In this document: piece after piece, positions 1 through 14,546 of the stretch
Numbering within the stretch: position 1 is the first letter of the stretch
How the letters are laid out: every line of letters begins with the position of its first letter
Assembly: GCA_012295275.1 (NCBI GenBank)
Contig: CM022672.1
Coordinates: 7,254,001-7,318,000, forward strand
DNA length: 64,000 nt
Source: Chrysomallon squamiferum
Taxonomy: Eukaryota > Animalia > Mollusca
Direction of reading: 5' to 3'
Position numbers and translations under genes: made by a program
The notes under the pieces: generated by a model
Seen by the model: only the letters and a program-made list of their open reading frames with translations
Database searches by the model: none
What the model was told of the DNA's origin: nothing

Positions 1-100
1 GCTGCATGTTATAGGACGCAGTCCCAGAACGTACACTAGTCTTACTTTTTGAGCTTGTGCTCATTTCTCTTCTTCCCCTATCTACAGCTCCGGTATTCAT
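1..100 (-). CDS. Possible N-terminal coding fragment of a divergent gene (MNTGAVDRGRREMSTSSKSKTSVRSGTASYNMQ...), truncated by the window edge
   Basis: Open frame from ATG at 100 (second ATG at 64) to position 2, with an in-frame stop upstream at 113-115. Only 33 codons; no family recognised. Confidence 0.25.
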   Translation of the reverse strand, partial: MNTGAVDRGRREMSTSSKSKTSVRSGTASYNMQ

Positions 101-900
101 ACGCGCTCGAAGCTAAATATGATTTTTCCTGTTTTAACGAGGCTCTATTAATCACAAACTAAGGAGCTCTCTAACAAGTCGGGGTCACGCGCTAAACACG
201 GAAACTGGCGATGCATCACTGCCGGAACTATTTCTCGTCTTCACCCGCGGCATCACGGGTTCTGCCGAACACCGCTCTCTGTCAAAACGTCACGATTGAT
301 TGCCGAGGTAAGGTTCTGCTATAAGTTCGCACAAGCGGCCAAATTACACAACAGTTAGTTCGATGATATGCTATCCGATACTGTTGAAACAGCGGTGATG
401 GGAAAACAAACTTTACCATCAGCTCTGTAGCAGCCGAAATGAACTCATTAAAAAGCCACATTTACGACTTTACACGAAGACGTATGAGCGGACCAGCTAA
501 GAATTCATCGTGCTGTTATATTTTTTTAACTCGATGTGTCAAAAATTAATGCCCCTTCTCGCTTTGAAGTTTATCTAATTGAAAGTGCATACCGCGACAA
601 GACCGTTATACCCGATCTCGCGATAACCGCGTAATATTCCAGCAATGTCACATGACCAGAGTGAGAACATTTGATTGGAGGAATCGTGATTTGGGTACTG
701 ACGGCTGCTTATGATATTGAGATTTGACATACAGATATGAGTTTTCTTTTGGAAATAATTTATGACGCTTGGGGAGACAGAAGCGAATTATTGAGGAAAT
801 TGTCTTGCCATAATCATAAGTACTACATTTGCTCGCTACGGGAGGTTTCGACTCTGCTTTTCAAGTGTTCAGATAAAATACTGGTTGAAAAAAAAATATG
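1..900 (-). promoter_or_regulatory. CpG-rich promoter/5' region, probably of a neighbouring gene pointing out of the window
   Basis: Long CpG-rich block. Contains TCTCGCGATA (~616-625), E-box GTCACATGAC (~647-656) and a reverse CCAAT box (GATTGG ~673-678) clustered within 70 bp. Orientation is inferred. Confidence 0.45.
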
Positions 901-1602
901 TTTAATAGCTCAGCCGAATAATGCGAATTAGATTCTTTTTAAATTTGTGTAAAAATAATAAAAAAAATAATATAAAAATAATATATATATATATATTATA
1001 TTTATTTATTTATTTAAAACTGTGTTTAATAAATATATATAGTTATATGTTGCTAGAGTCGATTTAGGATATTTTTGCTAATGATGATAATGATAAATAT
1101 GATGATGATGATGATAATAATAATATGTATTTTTATTTTCTGCTATAATATAATAATAACAACAATAATAATAAAATAAGGTCTTATTCATTATCAGCAT
1201 TAATAAACCATAAAACAAATAAATACAGCAACAAGGATACAAAGATACAACAACAAAAGTAAAAACATATTAAAAAAACCGACAGAGAAGAGCAGACAAA
1301 CAAATAAACAAACAAATAACAAATAAATAAACAGTGAACAACAAGGTGAGTAACAAAAGCATGTGTAAAGATTTCAGGTGAAGATATTCTTTTTTTGCCT
1401 GCCAGTTAAATACCTCAAATTTGACACGATCTAAAAATCTTCAACAAGTGTGGCCTTTGGGTCAAAATCTTTTCCGATAAATATTTTAGAAGTCATCTTA
1501 TATCTTGATAAACAATTAAGTATGAAAATATGCTGTTTATATGGCTTTATTGTTTAAGGCATTACATTCCATATGTGTTTTATAATATTATATAAGTTGT
1601 TA

Positions 1603-1603
<1 letters not shown>

Positions 1604-1645
<42 letters not shown>
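1604..1645 (+). repeat. (CA)n microsatellite
   Basis: Direct read. Confidence 0.95.
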
Positions 1646-1646
<1 letters not shown>

Positions 1647-1911
1647 TTTTTAAAATCTGAATGAAAGTGTAAATAGTTTTATAGATGTTATATTCGACGA
1701 TTTAAAAAAAAAAGTGTTGCATATGAATTATGTAAATCTGAAACTTACAGCATAATATATATATATATATATATACATATATATGCGTGTGTATATTTGC
1801 GAAATGCATTCTTTGCTGTTAAATTCCTAAAAATAATGTGAAGTACTTTAATCAAATAACCAGCAAAATAATAATAATAAAAATAAATAAATAAATAAAT
1901 AAAATCTATGT

Positions 1912-1954
<43 letters not shown>

Positions 1955-2549
1955 CCTGTTATAATTCATCTCACTGAATCACTCTGAAAACAGAAGTCTT
2001 GTTACAAAGCAATCGTTTACACTTGGTCATGAAACTCATTAAAATATGGACGTTGTTTGACCGTGACCTTAAATTCCGCCAGTAGTAACGACACTAATTC
2101 GTCTGCGCTTTGTCTCAATTTGTTAACTTTGATTGACAACATATACTTGGACAATAATTACTCAAAATATAAATAGACAGAAACAAAAAGAAATGGAAAA
2201 AAAAAAAAAAAAAATAAATAAATAGATGTCTAAAAGGGCAAGAGATATAATGACCCTGTATGGCCTTGAATGGTTTTTGTTTGATCGCTATGAAAACCGA
2301 AACCTGATTCAGATTAGGACGAATAATATATATTTAACCGTTCTTTTCTGTTTATTTATTTTTATTTAGTTAAGCCGCTTATTTATTCATATGTTATTAG
2401 ACGTTTAAAAAAAAAACCCCAAAAACCCCGTTTTCACAGATTTTCATAAAACATTTTAAATACACCTTTAGAGGTCTTCTTCTTCTTCTTCTTCTTCAGC
2501 TATTATTATTATTATTATTAATATGATTATTATTATTATTATTATTATT

Positions 2550-2585
<36 letters not shown>

Positions 2586-2617
2586 ATTGTAGGCATTATT
2601 ATTGCCTTTGTTCTCTA

Positions 2618-2656
<39 letters not shown>

Positions 2657-3990
2657 CTGTTAATAATAATAACAACAACAACAACAAAACTATTCTTGTT
2701 CGTACATCACAGTCCATCACAGAAACCTGAGGAGAACAATCGGTGCTCCGTCTTGTGAAGAGGAAAGTAACAAGTGACAAGTACTGAAATGTCAGGTGTA
2801 ACGGACACTTCCCGTGACAAGGTAACACTACTTCAAAGAAACACCTGACACGTTCATCATACACCTGTGTACCACCACACAACATGCAGAGTAGAGCATG
2901 TTCGTCTTTATTATCTGCCAGACCGACACAGCCAGCCAGCACAACGAGTTGTCTCTGGTGTAACGTGGACGACCACGTATCGGCTGCAGTGGCTACACGC
3001 ACACAGACAATTAGCATTACCTAATGCGTTATATAAGGAAAATAAACAACTTAAAGACACATCGACTGGATATGTTTTTTTGTGTCAAATGAAAGAAGGA
3101 ATTTTGTTTAATGTTAGCGCTTTCACACGGTCTCGTCAAATATGTTTCGTTAACAGAACTTTTTTTGTCCATTCTGTAAGAATTGTATTGAAAATGAACT
3201 GTACCTTTTTATTATCGTTCCCTATATACGATTTTCTAAGATAATTTTTTTCAATGGCTGCATTAATTTTATCAAATTTAACTTCCAAATGAATTATTAT
3301 TTTGAATAATGAGTGACAAAGCATAATTTTTAAAAGTAGCATTTTATTTATAAAATTTCAAGTGCGCAAGAGTTAGCTTATTTTAAGTTACGTTTAGTTT
3401 TAATTACCTGGTTATTTATGTTTATATTTAGTATTATTACTGTCAAAGAATATCATTTTATAAAATTATTTTTATGATGTTTGTATTCATTTTAGTGTTA
3501 AATATCAGTTTTAAATGCGAATATAACAATTTATCAAATTTCTTTTTAAGTACATATATTAATATGTTTTATGTCTCATCAGCCTAATTAAGCTAGATGA
3601 CGATATCATTTTATGTAAATAATGTATTATGTCATTTCTGTTCTCATTGTTTTCTTGTGATAAAATTTAAAAAAATACAATTGATATAATAATAATAATG
3701 ATGATGATAATAATAATAATAACAACAACAACAACAAAAACAACAACACGACAGAAAGAATAACATCAACAATAATAACAATAATCATAATAAACAAATA
3801 TACAGACGTTCTAAACAAATAAAATCAAAGAAATAAATAATTAAATAAATAAATAACCAAGCAAGCAAACACATAAACTAATATACAAACAAACACAATA
3901 AATAAACAGATAACAAAGCAAGCAAGCAAACAAATCTATAACCAAAAAAAAACAAATACAAATAAATAAATACTTAAATAAATAAAAATA

Positions 3991-4029
<39 letters not shown>

Positions 4030-4959
4030 ACAAAACAAAACAAAACAAAACAAAACAAAACAAAACACAAAAATAAAACAAAATAAAACAAAATAAAATA
4101 AAATAAATCAGTAATTAAGTTACTTAATCCATCTGCTTGGAACAGAACCAGGGGAAGATCTATGATTTCAAACAGCTGGCTGCTATCTCTGTGATACCTT
4201 TCAACATAAAACAAGTCCCATCACAATGGAAAAATAAACTGGAAAAAACAAACATCAGTCGTAAGAGATAGTGTTGGGTTTATATACTACGTCAATGAAG
4301 CCATCTTAAATATTAGAATATATTTTACAAGGAAACAAAGAGAAAATGATTTTCAAGTGATGTATAGCCAGCACAAATTCGCTAATTTGAAAAACAAATA
4401 GTTATATATTTGCTTAATGTAAAAAACAGAGCGCTGAGCGTAGGTTAGAGCTAGATCAGATAAAAAAAAACTGTCGCTTTTCTTCTCTGGTTAGTTCAGC
4501 TTTAGGTAGATATAGTAGGCTATTCTGAATTAACGTGATACTGTGGAATGATACAAAAGGTTTCTCTCCTTGTTAATATCTGTTTGGGGAATCAACTATC
4601 CATAAAGAAAAATAAGAAGAAAAGAAAAATAGCAAACAGAAGAGAATACGAAAGAAAGAGAAAAGAATAAGTAGAATTAGTAATAATAAGATGAAAACGA
4701 CGATGACAACAACAGTAACAATAATTACAGGAGCAGTTGCAGCATTAACAGCCACAACAATAACAACACCAGCAATAACAACAGTAACAACAACAACAAC
4801 AACAACAGTAATAATAATTTCATATATTGAACGTAACTGTAATTTACTAACAATGCTTAAAAAATAATTACAGATAATAATGTTTTTATTTCAACATTTC
4901 GGTTTTATAACTTTGTTCATTTTTCACAGTGTTACATTACAAATTTACTTAATGTGAAC

Positions 4960-5000
<41 letters not shown>

Positions 5001-6019
5001 TTTACTTTAATTTTATACATGTTGTCCTACATTACCTATTTGGTTGTCGTTGTTCTTTAGATGTATCAGTCACTCAGTTCAAAAATAGAAGTAGAGATTT
5101 CAGGTTTGACATTACAGCTGGTGTAAATCCATTAAAATGAATTTACAAACGTGCGCATACGTACGCAAAAATAATCTAAATTCACTACTAAATAAAGGTC
5201 AGTCAAATTCAATCGTTGAGAATAACAAAAAAAAAAAACAAAAAAAAACATTTAAACATCTATTCTTTAAGTCACAAACTTTGATACACTACATTGTGTT
5301 TATACATTATCTTTCTGTCTATCTATCAGTCTATTTATCTGTCTGTCTGTCTATCTATCTATCTGTTTATATATCTATCTGTCCTTCTATATATCGATCT
5401 GTGTTATGTCTTTCTCAATCTGTATAACTGTCTGTTCCTCTGTGTATCTATCTTTCGATAAAACCACCCTTTTTTCTCTCTCTCACTAAATATAAATATA
5501 TATATATATATATATACGGTGCCACAGAATAGCTGTATCACATGCACTTGCACCAACTTGAAACAGTACAATTTGTTTTGATGTGTTCTTCGTAATTATA
5601 AAACATGTCAAACACTAGATAACAAAATGAACACTGTCGCTGCCTTATGCTTTGATAATAAATAAACAAGAAATACTGAACTTATTTTGATAAGGAAAGG
5701 CACTACGTTTAAAATAAGTGAAAAAGAATATTTTATATGATTGTAATAGCCAGTTGTTATTTTAAAACTAAATCTCAGTGTAAAACGAAATACATGATTT
5801 AAATATGAGTAAAGCCATCATAATAAGAAAAATAGAAAAAAATGTGTTATTAAAATAGTTATTTTTCTACCATCAGTATTTTTAATATCTGGTTAGCCAG
5901 TTATATATGTATCCAACTGTACATAAAACATTTAAGCTATAAACAAATATATATATAATTAAAATATTCTTCCATTTTGTAGGTATATGAAAGTGTATTA
6001 AATTATGCAAAATAAGTAA

Positions 6020-6069
<50 letters not shown>

Positions 6070-6249
6070 TAAATATAAAAATAAATAAATAAATAAAGTG
6101 AAATAAAAACAGAAAATAATGTTAAGAAAAATAAAGTTACATTTATAAAGAGTAATTAAATACGTATATTTAATTAATGGCATTTAATTTCAGATTTATA
6201 AGAAAGAGAAAGATTAACGAGGGAAAAATGAGAAGAAAATGATTGGAAT

Positions 6250-6287
<38 letters not shown>

Positions 6288-8437
6288 AGGAACAGAAGAA
6301 AAAATAGTTAAATTTTAATAAAAACACTAAACTTTTAATTATTTTTGTTTTCTAATTGGATATCTTTTTTCATGGTGTATCCTAATACTGCAATAATAAT
6401 TATTATAATAATAATAATAATAATAATAATGGTGATGAAGATGATGATAATAAATTGTAATTCCGGGCTATTATTCTGTATCGTTATCTCGTTTTTGATT
6501 GCATATATTGCAAGTAATAGATATATATTAAATAAAGAGTGTTACAGAACAATAACTACAGAGATAATTTGAACAGCCAGGTGTAACGACAACAACGCAT
6601 CAATCTGCTGCGTCAGTGTAACTAAACGGTCACCCTCCGCTGCCATTACACTTGCTCAAGGGACGCAACTCGGCAAGCAGCCAATTCGTAGCAGAAGCCA
6701 AAAGAGTGATGAAGTACATGAGATGTGACAAGCTTTATGAAGGCCTGTTTGCCGTGTGTCATAACCCACACACACGACATGCATCTTAATCACGCAGGAA
6801 CGAAAATGGCTGTGTTTTATTTTGCCCCGTTCCTTTGAAGAGCGCCTAGAGCTTGCTCGCTTGTAACTTCAAAAGAAGCTGAAAGAGAGGGGAAAAAAAT
6901 AAAAAAGAAAAGAAAGGGGAGAAAAGGGGAAAGAGTGACTTAATTAAATTACAGTGTACCAGACGAGTGTCTAGGATAATTAATCTTAAAACACTTTTCT
7001 ACCTGTCATATAATTTATTTATTTATTTTTTTTGGTGTATGAGAGTAAAGACAAGTATTTTTAATGAGAACGCAGAAGCGCCTAACATGAAGTAACTTAG
7101 TTACGTTGAAAAAAAAAAAACACTCTCCTAGCAGCAAAATATGTAAAAGTAATAAAAGAGAAGTTGTGTATTCAGTTCTAAAAGGCTGGATAAACCGTCT
7201 GAAAAATACACTCACGCATGCACGCACTGATAGATACAGGCCTTTATGCGTTGAGAAATAATTCGGGTGCACGATCAAATTTAAAACACACAACAAAAAT
7301 CACACAGGCATGCGTACAGACACTCATGCACTGAAAGATTAAGTTAAAAGAAAATAGATTTTACTAATGTATTCACGCATGCACTCAAAAAAAAAAAAAA
7401 AAAAAAAAATGAATGTATAAAGTTAAAATTTAAATTAAAAATATACTGAAATTTAAAACCTACAGATGCAACCAAGCACGCATGTTCGGAGATGATGACT
7501 AGGAAATATCAACTTTTAAAGAGAAACAGAAATACACATCTACGTATACTTGCACGCCCGGACTGAAAGACAGACACCCACAAAAGTATTAAATTAAAAA
7601 GCCAGAGAGACATAATTAGGTTGCTATAAGAGTGAGATACATTTGTATGTATGAATATAAGTTACGCATAGATGCATGTATATATTTCTGTATGTTTTTA
7701 TGTATGTAAGTCTGTACGTACGTGCTTTCATGTGTGTATGCAAATGCATGTGTGTTTTAGTTATCTATCTAGGTCTATATATTTGTAAATGTAAATACAG
7801 CATACGTATTAATATATAAATATTAGGTGTGGCTGAATTAAGTTAAACTATCTAAGCACAATCACGTTTAACTCGTGGCCAGGTTAAAGCGTATTGGTTT
7901 CGCTACCCTCCCGAGTCGAGATTAACTTTTTGATTTATACCTCGCGATAGCTGTAAGATAACGCTGGAAATTTATGTATCTCTGAGAGATATTGAATATA
8001 ACACCTCGAAATAATATATCTAATTCCATATGATGTTAATGTCGGGTACTCGGTAGCTCGTAAACCACGCTTCACAACCGTCCCAGATTATCATGCTGGC
8101 TGACTTGCGGTGCGCTGTTTTGTTGTAAATCCCACTGGATTATTGTAGCTATGCGATCCACAATGAAATGTTAAAAAAAAAAAAAAAAAACGTTATCATC
8201 AAACAAGCAGTCTTGTTAAAGATGAGTGGAATGGAAGTTCATCTATACAGTTATTTATTTGGTTATTCTGTTTTATACTTGCTGGCACTCGCATATCACT
8301 TATCTGTCATGTTTTTGTGAGTTTTAGTTTCTTCTCTTTTTCTTTATTAATTTCTATTTTTTTTTCTTTTTATAGTTCTTCACGCGGCCACAAAAATTTA
8401 TATTTTCAGCCTTTGTTATTTATCCTTTTTGTATGAG

Positions 8438-8571
<134 letters not shown>

Positions 8572-9139
8572 TAATTTAACCAGTGTACAATGGTATCTGA
8601 TAAACAGATTTAGAGAGAACCAAGTGCCATATTATTATTGTTGTTGATGATGGTGATGCTGTTGTTGCTGGTGTTGTTTCTTTATGCATTCATTCATTAT
8701 TTCCTTCCTCCCTTCATTCGTTCGTTCGTTCTTTCATTTATTATTCTTTCGCTCCCTTGCAAGTTATTTCTTTCGTAAATGTAAAATAAATAAATAAAAA
8801 TAGTCACATATTTGCAATATTTTGGACAGATTACTGCGTGCTGTATAAAGCTTTATATCAAGTCACGTGATTTCAGATTTAATTTTTGATGTCTTCTTGA
8901 ATATCAAACTGTTCTGTTTGTTCATTTTAAAACGATTTTCACATCGACATAACAAGTCATGTTACTCTGACCAATTTTCTTTACTTACCTGACATATCAA
9001 TTAAAGCGCATTTTATAAATGTGCAACAGAGAAAAAAAATACGCTTTAAAAAATAGTCTTTCAGAAAATGGGATGTAAAAATGTAATTAAATAAAAATAA
9101 ACCAAATAATAGTATGTACTATTAAAGAATAAAAAATGA

Positions 9140-9141
9140 AA

Positions 9142-9200
<59 letters not shown>

Positions 9201-9242
9201 ATGATAAATGATAAATTTAATAGAAATATATATATATATTAA

Positions 9243-9300
<58 letters not shown>

Positions 9301-9463
9301 ATGATAAAATCAGTTAAAAATGATTAGATAACAAGATGCAAAAAAATAAATATAAATAAAATAAAGATCATAAATTTCAGGAAAAGATAAATAAATAAAT
9401 AAATAAATAAATAAATATTTAAATAAAATAAAAATCATAAATTTCATGAAAAGATATATAATA

Positions 9464-9494
<31 letters not shown>

Positions 9495-9595
9495 ATATTT
9501 AAATAAAATAAAAATCATAAATTTCATGAAAAGATATATAGTATAAATAAAAAATAAATTGATAAAATAAATAAATAAATAAATAAATAAATAAA
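9140..9595 (+). repeat. (TAAA)n array with three copies of a ~70-80 bp higher-order unit
   Basis: atcataaatttca(g/t)gaaaagata occurs at about 9367, 9434 and 9514, separated by TAAA tracts. Confidence 0.85.
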
Positions 9596-10127
9596 GTAAA
9601 ACAAAATCTAAGTATAATATGTAATCTTTTCCATCGATCAACACTTTCGACCCAGTCTGCTCGTCTGTGAGTCTGACAGAGCACTGTAAAAAGGTAGGTG
9701 TGTTTCTATTCGCTTGACGCGAGGATTAGCTTCGTGAGTTACACATCGAGATTATTCTGACGATAACGCAGCATAAATATGTGAAAAAGTTGAGAGAGAA
9801 GTGCCTTTTGTTGTCGTTCATATTTTATAGCGATACATTTTTGAGCGGTCTTTAGAGTGATATGCGATGTCTATTAAAGTTTCCACGTGAAAAATGACAC
9901 CATTTGAACAAGATGTGTAAAAATAGTAAGCTTTTGTCACTGAAACGGTGGAGAAATCTAAGTTACATATCACGTAACACAATTCGAATTTTTTTTTTTT
10001 TTTTTTAAATCTTTAAAATTTGTTTCAGAATCAGTAGAAAAAAAAGAACTAAGAATATAATACAGAATAATAATAATCAAAAAGGTTGTTTAATAATAGG
10101 TTTAAATTATGCAACAGAAAAGTTAAT

Positions 10128-10170
<43 letters not shown>

Positions 10171-10597
10171 CAACAACAACAACAACAACAACAATAACAA
10201 CAACGACTGTATGATGATGATAGAGATGTGGATAATGGGGATGGAGATAATGAAGAGGTAAATTTTAACTATTAACTTTAATTAATTACTATAGTCTTTA
10301 AATGTATGTTCGGATATGAAATTTTACTATGTATCAGTAGTAAGTAGATAATTATTTAACATACAGATAGCTTCTTACATCACATAATGTCAAATGTTTA
10401 AAAATATTGATAAACCTGAAAAAATTACTTTATTATATTCATATATGAAATATTTTCCTGTGAGTTTAGTCAAATTTTCTCAGTTAAATACTTAATTATA
10501 TTGTCAAATTTTAAATGTAACTGCTTCATATACTATTATTTTTGCTGTTGTTTTTATTGTTTTATTATTATTATAAATGCTGTTGTTGTTGCTGTTG

Positions 10598-10648
<51 letters not shown>

Positions 10649-11389
10649 TATCATTCTGATCTTGTTGATCTAACTGTAAGTTTTTAAAATTATTTTTTAA
10701 TGAAGGGTAACCTCTCCTATGTTATATAATATTATTAATTATGAATAGTTTATAATATTTGCACTAATGAATCAATATAAACAGTGGCAAAATACAATTT
10801 TCATAAATTTCGTAAAAGTTTGAAATTGACTAAAATTTTATACTAAAATGAAGATTTACGGAAAATTGTGATAATTACATAATTTTCTGTAACCTGCTTA
10901 AAGTTTTTACTTAATAAAGATAAAATATAAAGACACTAAATTTAATTAAGAAATATTAAGATGTGAAATTGAAAATGAGTTTAAATTATCATCAAATATA
11001 AAGTCTACAGTTAAATTATATAATTATATCATTCTGTTTATTTTGCATTTTCATAAATATAAAAGAGAGCAATCATTTACAAGAAATGACAGTTACTAAA
11101 ATTATTAATCGATGTAAAACTTACTTAAAATAAAAGCATATATAAATATATGATATTTCTTAAATTATCAAGCAATATTAAATGTACTGATTTATTTAGG
11201 GATGTGAAATTTACTTAAATATGTCATTACTGAATGCATTAATTAAATAAATACATTTTTGCTTATTAACTTTTTCTTAATAAAAAAGTTTGCTAGTAAA
11301 ATAATAAATTCTCTAGGAAACGTTATGTGCACTATATACTAATTATATAATGAATTTAATGAAGAAAAGTTATGATATTTACATTTTTG

Positions 11390-11660
11390 TTAACAGATAT
11401 GAAATATATTTACGCAGAAATATAAAATTTACGTTAATTATGTTAAGATTTAAAGTTTATTGTAATTATGTGCAGATATGAAATTTAATTTGTACACAAA
11501 TGAAATTAAATATTCTACATATATAAAATTTACATTAATCATGTACAGTTCCCAAATGAATATTAATTTTGTACATATATAAAAATAATGTTCATATAAA
11601 CGTTACATTAAGTATGTACACATAAGAAATTTAATTATTGAGAAGTACATATGGAAATTC
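11390..11660 (+). repeat. Degenerate ~28 bp AT-rich minisatellite (ATATGAAATTTACATTAATTATGTACA-like)
   Basis: Units such as tatataaaatttacattaatcatgtaca and gatttaaagtttattgtaattatgtgca. Fainter traces extend across about 10250-11950. Confidence 0.65.
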
Positions 11661-12584
11661 TAAATATTTTTAAAAAATACCTGTTTCAGTGTGAAATTTA
11701 CTCAAATTATTGATTGATATGATATGTACTTATATGTGAAAGAAAAAAGAAAGTAACATTAACATTGAATATCATACCAGTGTACAATAAAATTTACTTA
11801 AATTGAAAGTGACCTTTATTTAAATTAGCAACAGACAGAAAAGGAATTTAAGTTTAATTATGCACAGACATCAAAAAAGTACTTATATTTGGTGCAAATA
11901 GATTAATTAACATGCACAAATGTGACTCGCAAAATGTAATTTGGATAGAAAGTATATGAAACAGACAAATATTATAATAAGTTTTGCCAAATTCAAAATA
12001 TTAGTTCATTAATCAGCAGATATGATGGTTTAAAAAATGACAAATTATTCAAACAACAAAACATCAATAAGAATGACTAAATTAATAAACAAACAAATAA
12101 AATAATAATAATAAAAAAAACAATTAATAAAAAATCTGAAATGAATCAATGAATAAAAATTATTTCAAAACGTACTTTTATCGCTTTGAAATTTCTCTTA
12201 TTCAGAAAGAAGTACACAAATATAAATAAATAAATAAATAAATCAACAAACAAACAAACAAACAAATATGAAAACAAAAATTTATAAAAATAAATAAAAA
12301 AATAAATAGTCATCTGTAATTATAAGCTGATTGTCTGTTGTAAAATCTTAGCGAAGTGTGCAGGTGTGTGTGTACATATGTATGTGTGTGTTTGTGTGTG
12401 AATGTTTGTATTTATATATAAATATTTGTATTCTTCTATTTAAAATTTGTGAATTAATGAAACCCATACACTAATATCATTCGAACAAAAAAGTTTTGAT
12501 ATATTACTTGTCTTTGTCACAGTTAAAATAGTCAAAACAATTTTTAGATTTAGAATGTTAAACAATTTCTTAGAGAGAAATATT

Positions 12585-12586
<2 letters not shown>

Positions 12587-12632
<46 letters not shown>

Positions 12633-12700
12633 TGTATGTATGTATGTATGTATGTATGTATGTATGTATGTATGTATGTATGTATGTATGTATGTATATG
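12587..12700 (+). repeat. (TA)n(TATG)n microsatellite
   Basis: Direct read. Confidence 0.95.
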
Positions 12701-12796
12701 TATAAATATATAAAGTCGTTCTGAGTTGAAGCCGGCATAGGGAGGCGATCCTCAAACCCTTAAATATTATTTCCTATAGCTTAACTATTCTTGAAT

Positions 12797-13000
12797 CATT
12801 GACTCTTCTTGACAGTCAAAAAGTAGACTCCTGGACAACAGATAGTAGACTCCTTCATTGACACTGAGTATATTCTGGACTAATATAAAGTACACCCCTG
12901 GACTGACAGAAAATTGACCCCTTGTCTGACAGACAGTATACTCACGGACTGACAGAAAATAAACCCCCGCAGTGACAGAAACAGACCCCTGGACTGGTAG
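12797..13000 (+). repeat. Degenerate 22-23 bp minisatellite, consensus AGTAGACCCCTGGACTGACAGAA
   Basis: About 9 units, e.g. agtacacccctggactgacagaa, agtatactcacggactgacagaa, aataaacccccgcagtgacagaa. Confidence 0.8.
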
Positions 13001-14274
13001 TGGGGTGGATACATTTTGCACGAACTGTCGCTTTATATCAGGACGGAAATAAACTGAAAACAACTATGAGATGGAACAAATTTGATATTTGACACAATCG
13101 ATAAACACAATCTGTGCTTGTCATTGCTGGTGCTTGTCACAAACTAACGACACCCGACCTAAATACACTCCAGCTGAATACTGTGTCAATTCGCCATTTC
13201 ATGAAGCGAATCGTGAACGACATTTTACGACCAGAATTAATCAGCCTTACCTTGTAGTTTGACCTTACTCAGTACTGAGTAAACTTGATTGATGTTGTGT
13301 AGTGATAACTGTATTATGATGACGATGATGATAATGATAATGATGATAAAATGATGATAATGATGATGTTAATGATAACGATAATGATGATAATAGTAAC
13401 AACAACGACAATAGGAATGGTGATACGACAATAACCTAACAAATACCACAACAACAACGCTAATGATGATGGTAATCGTCATCATAACAACGAATGATAT
13501 TTTTTTTAGTACATTACAAATCAAACCAAAGTCACTGAAAACTGAATATAAAAAAATACAAAAAAAAAAAAAAAAAAAGAAAAGAAACTCTCTGATTTCA
13601 ATTTCTATAATTCGAGTTTCTTTTCGTTTCACCAATCGTGTCAAAGTTCACAAATTATTAATTCATTTCTTACAAAAAAAAAAGCCCGGTCTTGTGGGCC
13701 TTTTTCTTTCATCTCTTAGTCTACATAATTAAATACGGAGAGGGTAATTTTCTTGGCAATATTTTTTTTTTTTTTTTTTTTTTTTGATATTTGTTTTTGT
13801 CACGACATAACGAGTAAACTTAGACACGGGGTGATTGATGGTGCGGCTGTTGGGGACGCGACGACAAAATTTGATATTCAATTATCAAAGTTTACTTAAA
13901 AGAAGTAGCTGGGCGGAAAAGCCAGGCAGGCGTATGTTTACATCCTAATTATCAATTTGCGTGGTCGGCCAGTTGTAACGCAATTCAAACCTTGTATCAC
14001 CTGGCAAGGGCGTTTCCACACCCAGTCACTAGGAGGGGGCAGGGACAGTTTTTGTTCACCTTATTGCTTTAACAAGGGACCTGTTTTTAGTAGTTTTAGA
14101 GGTAGGAAAATTGGTTTTTATTTTTTATTATCGTTATGGTTTTTTTTTTAAATCTAAAATTTGTTCTAGACTCACCGATGAACTTCAGCAGTATTTAGGG
14201 TGAGACATATATGCATAGGCACGTATATACAGACATACATATATACATACATACATACTTTAAAAAACATATGA

Positions 14275-14275
<1 letters not shown>

Positions 14276-14328
<53 letters not shown>

Positions 14329-14509
14329 TGAAATAAAATCCTGAATAAAAAAAATATAAAAAAAAAAAAAAAAAGTTTAAAAATTGTTCAGGTAAAAGTC
14401 TGTAATCCAGTTTTGTTATTTTATTTTATTTTATTTTATTTTATTTTATTTTATTTTATTTTATTTTATTTTATTTATTTATATTATATTATATTATATT
14501 ATATTATAT

Positions 14510-14545
<36 letters not shown>
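14276..14545 (+). repeat. (TA)n, poly-A, (TTTTA)n, (TTATA)n, (TTTA)n compound repeat
   Basis: Direct read. Confidence 0.9.

Positions 14546-14546
<1 letters not shown>

Noticed and set aside
301-315. Plus-strand donor GAG|GTAAGG
   Set aside because: No long plus-strand reading frame or matching acceptor identified; could only be a non-coding exon, which is unsupported.
2496-3244. 173-aa and 125-aa ORFs
   Set aside because: Non-ATG starts, partly microsatellite, no motif recognised.
7870-7920. tRNA/SINE A-box-like tggccaggttaaagcg
   Set aside because: No B-box or cloverleaf follows.
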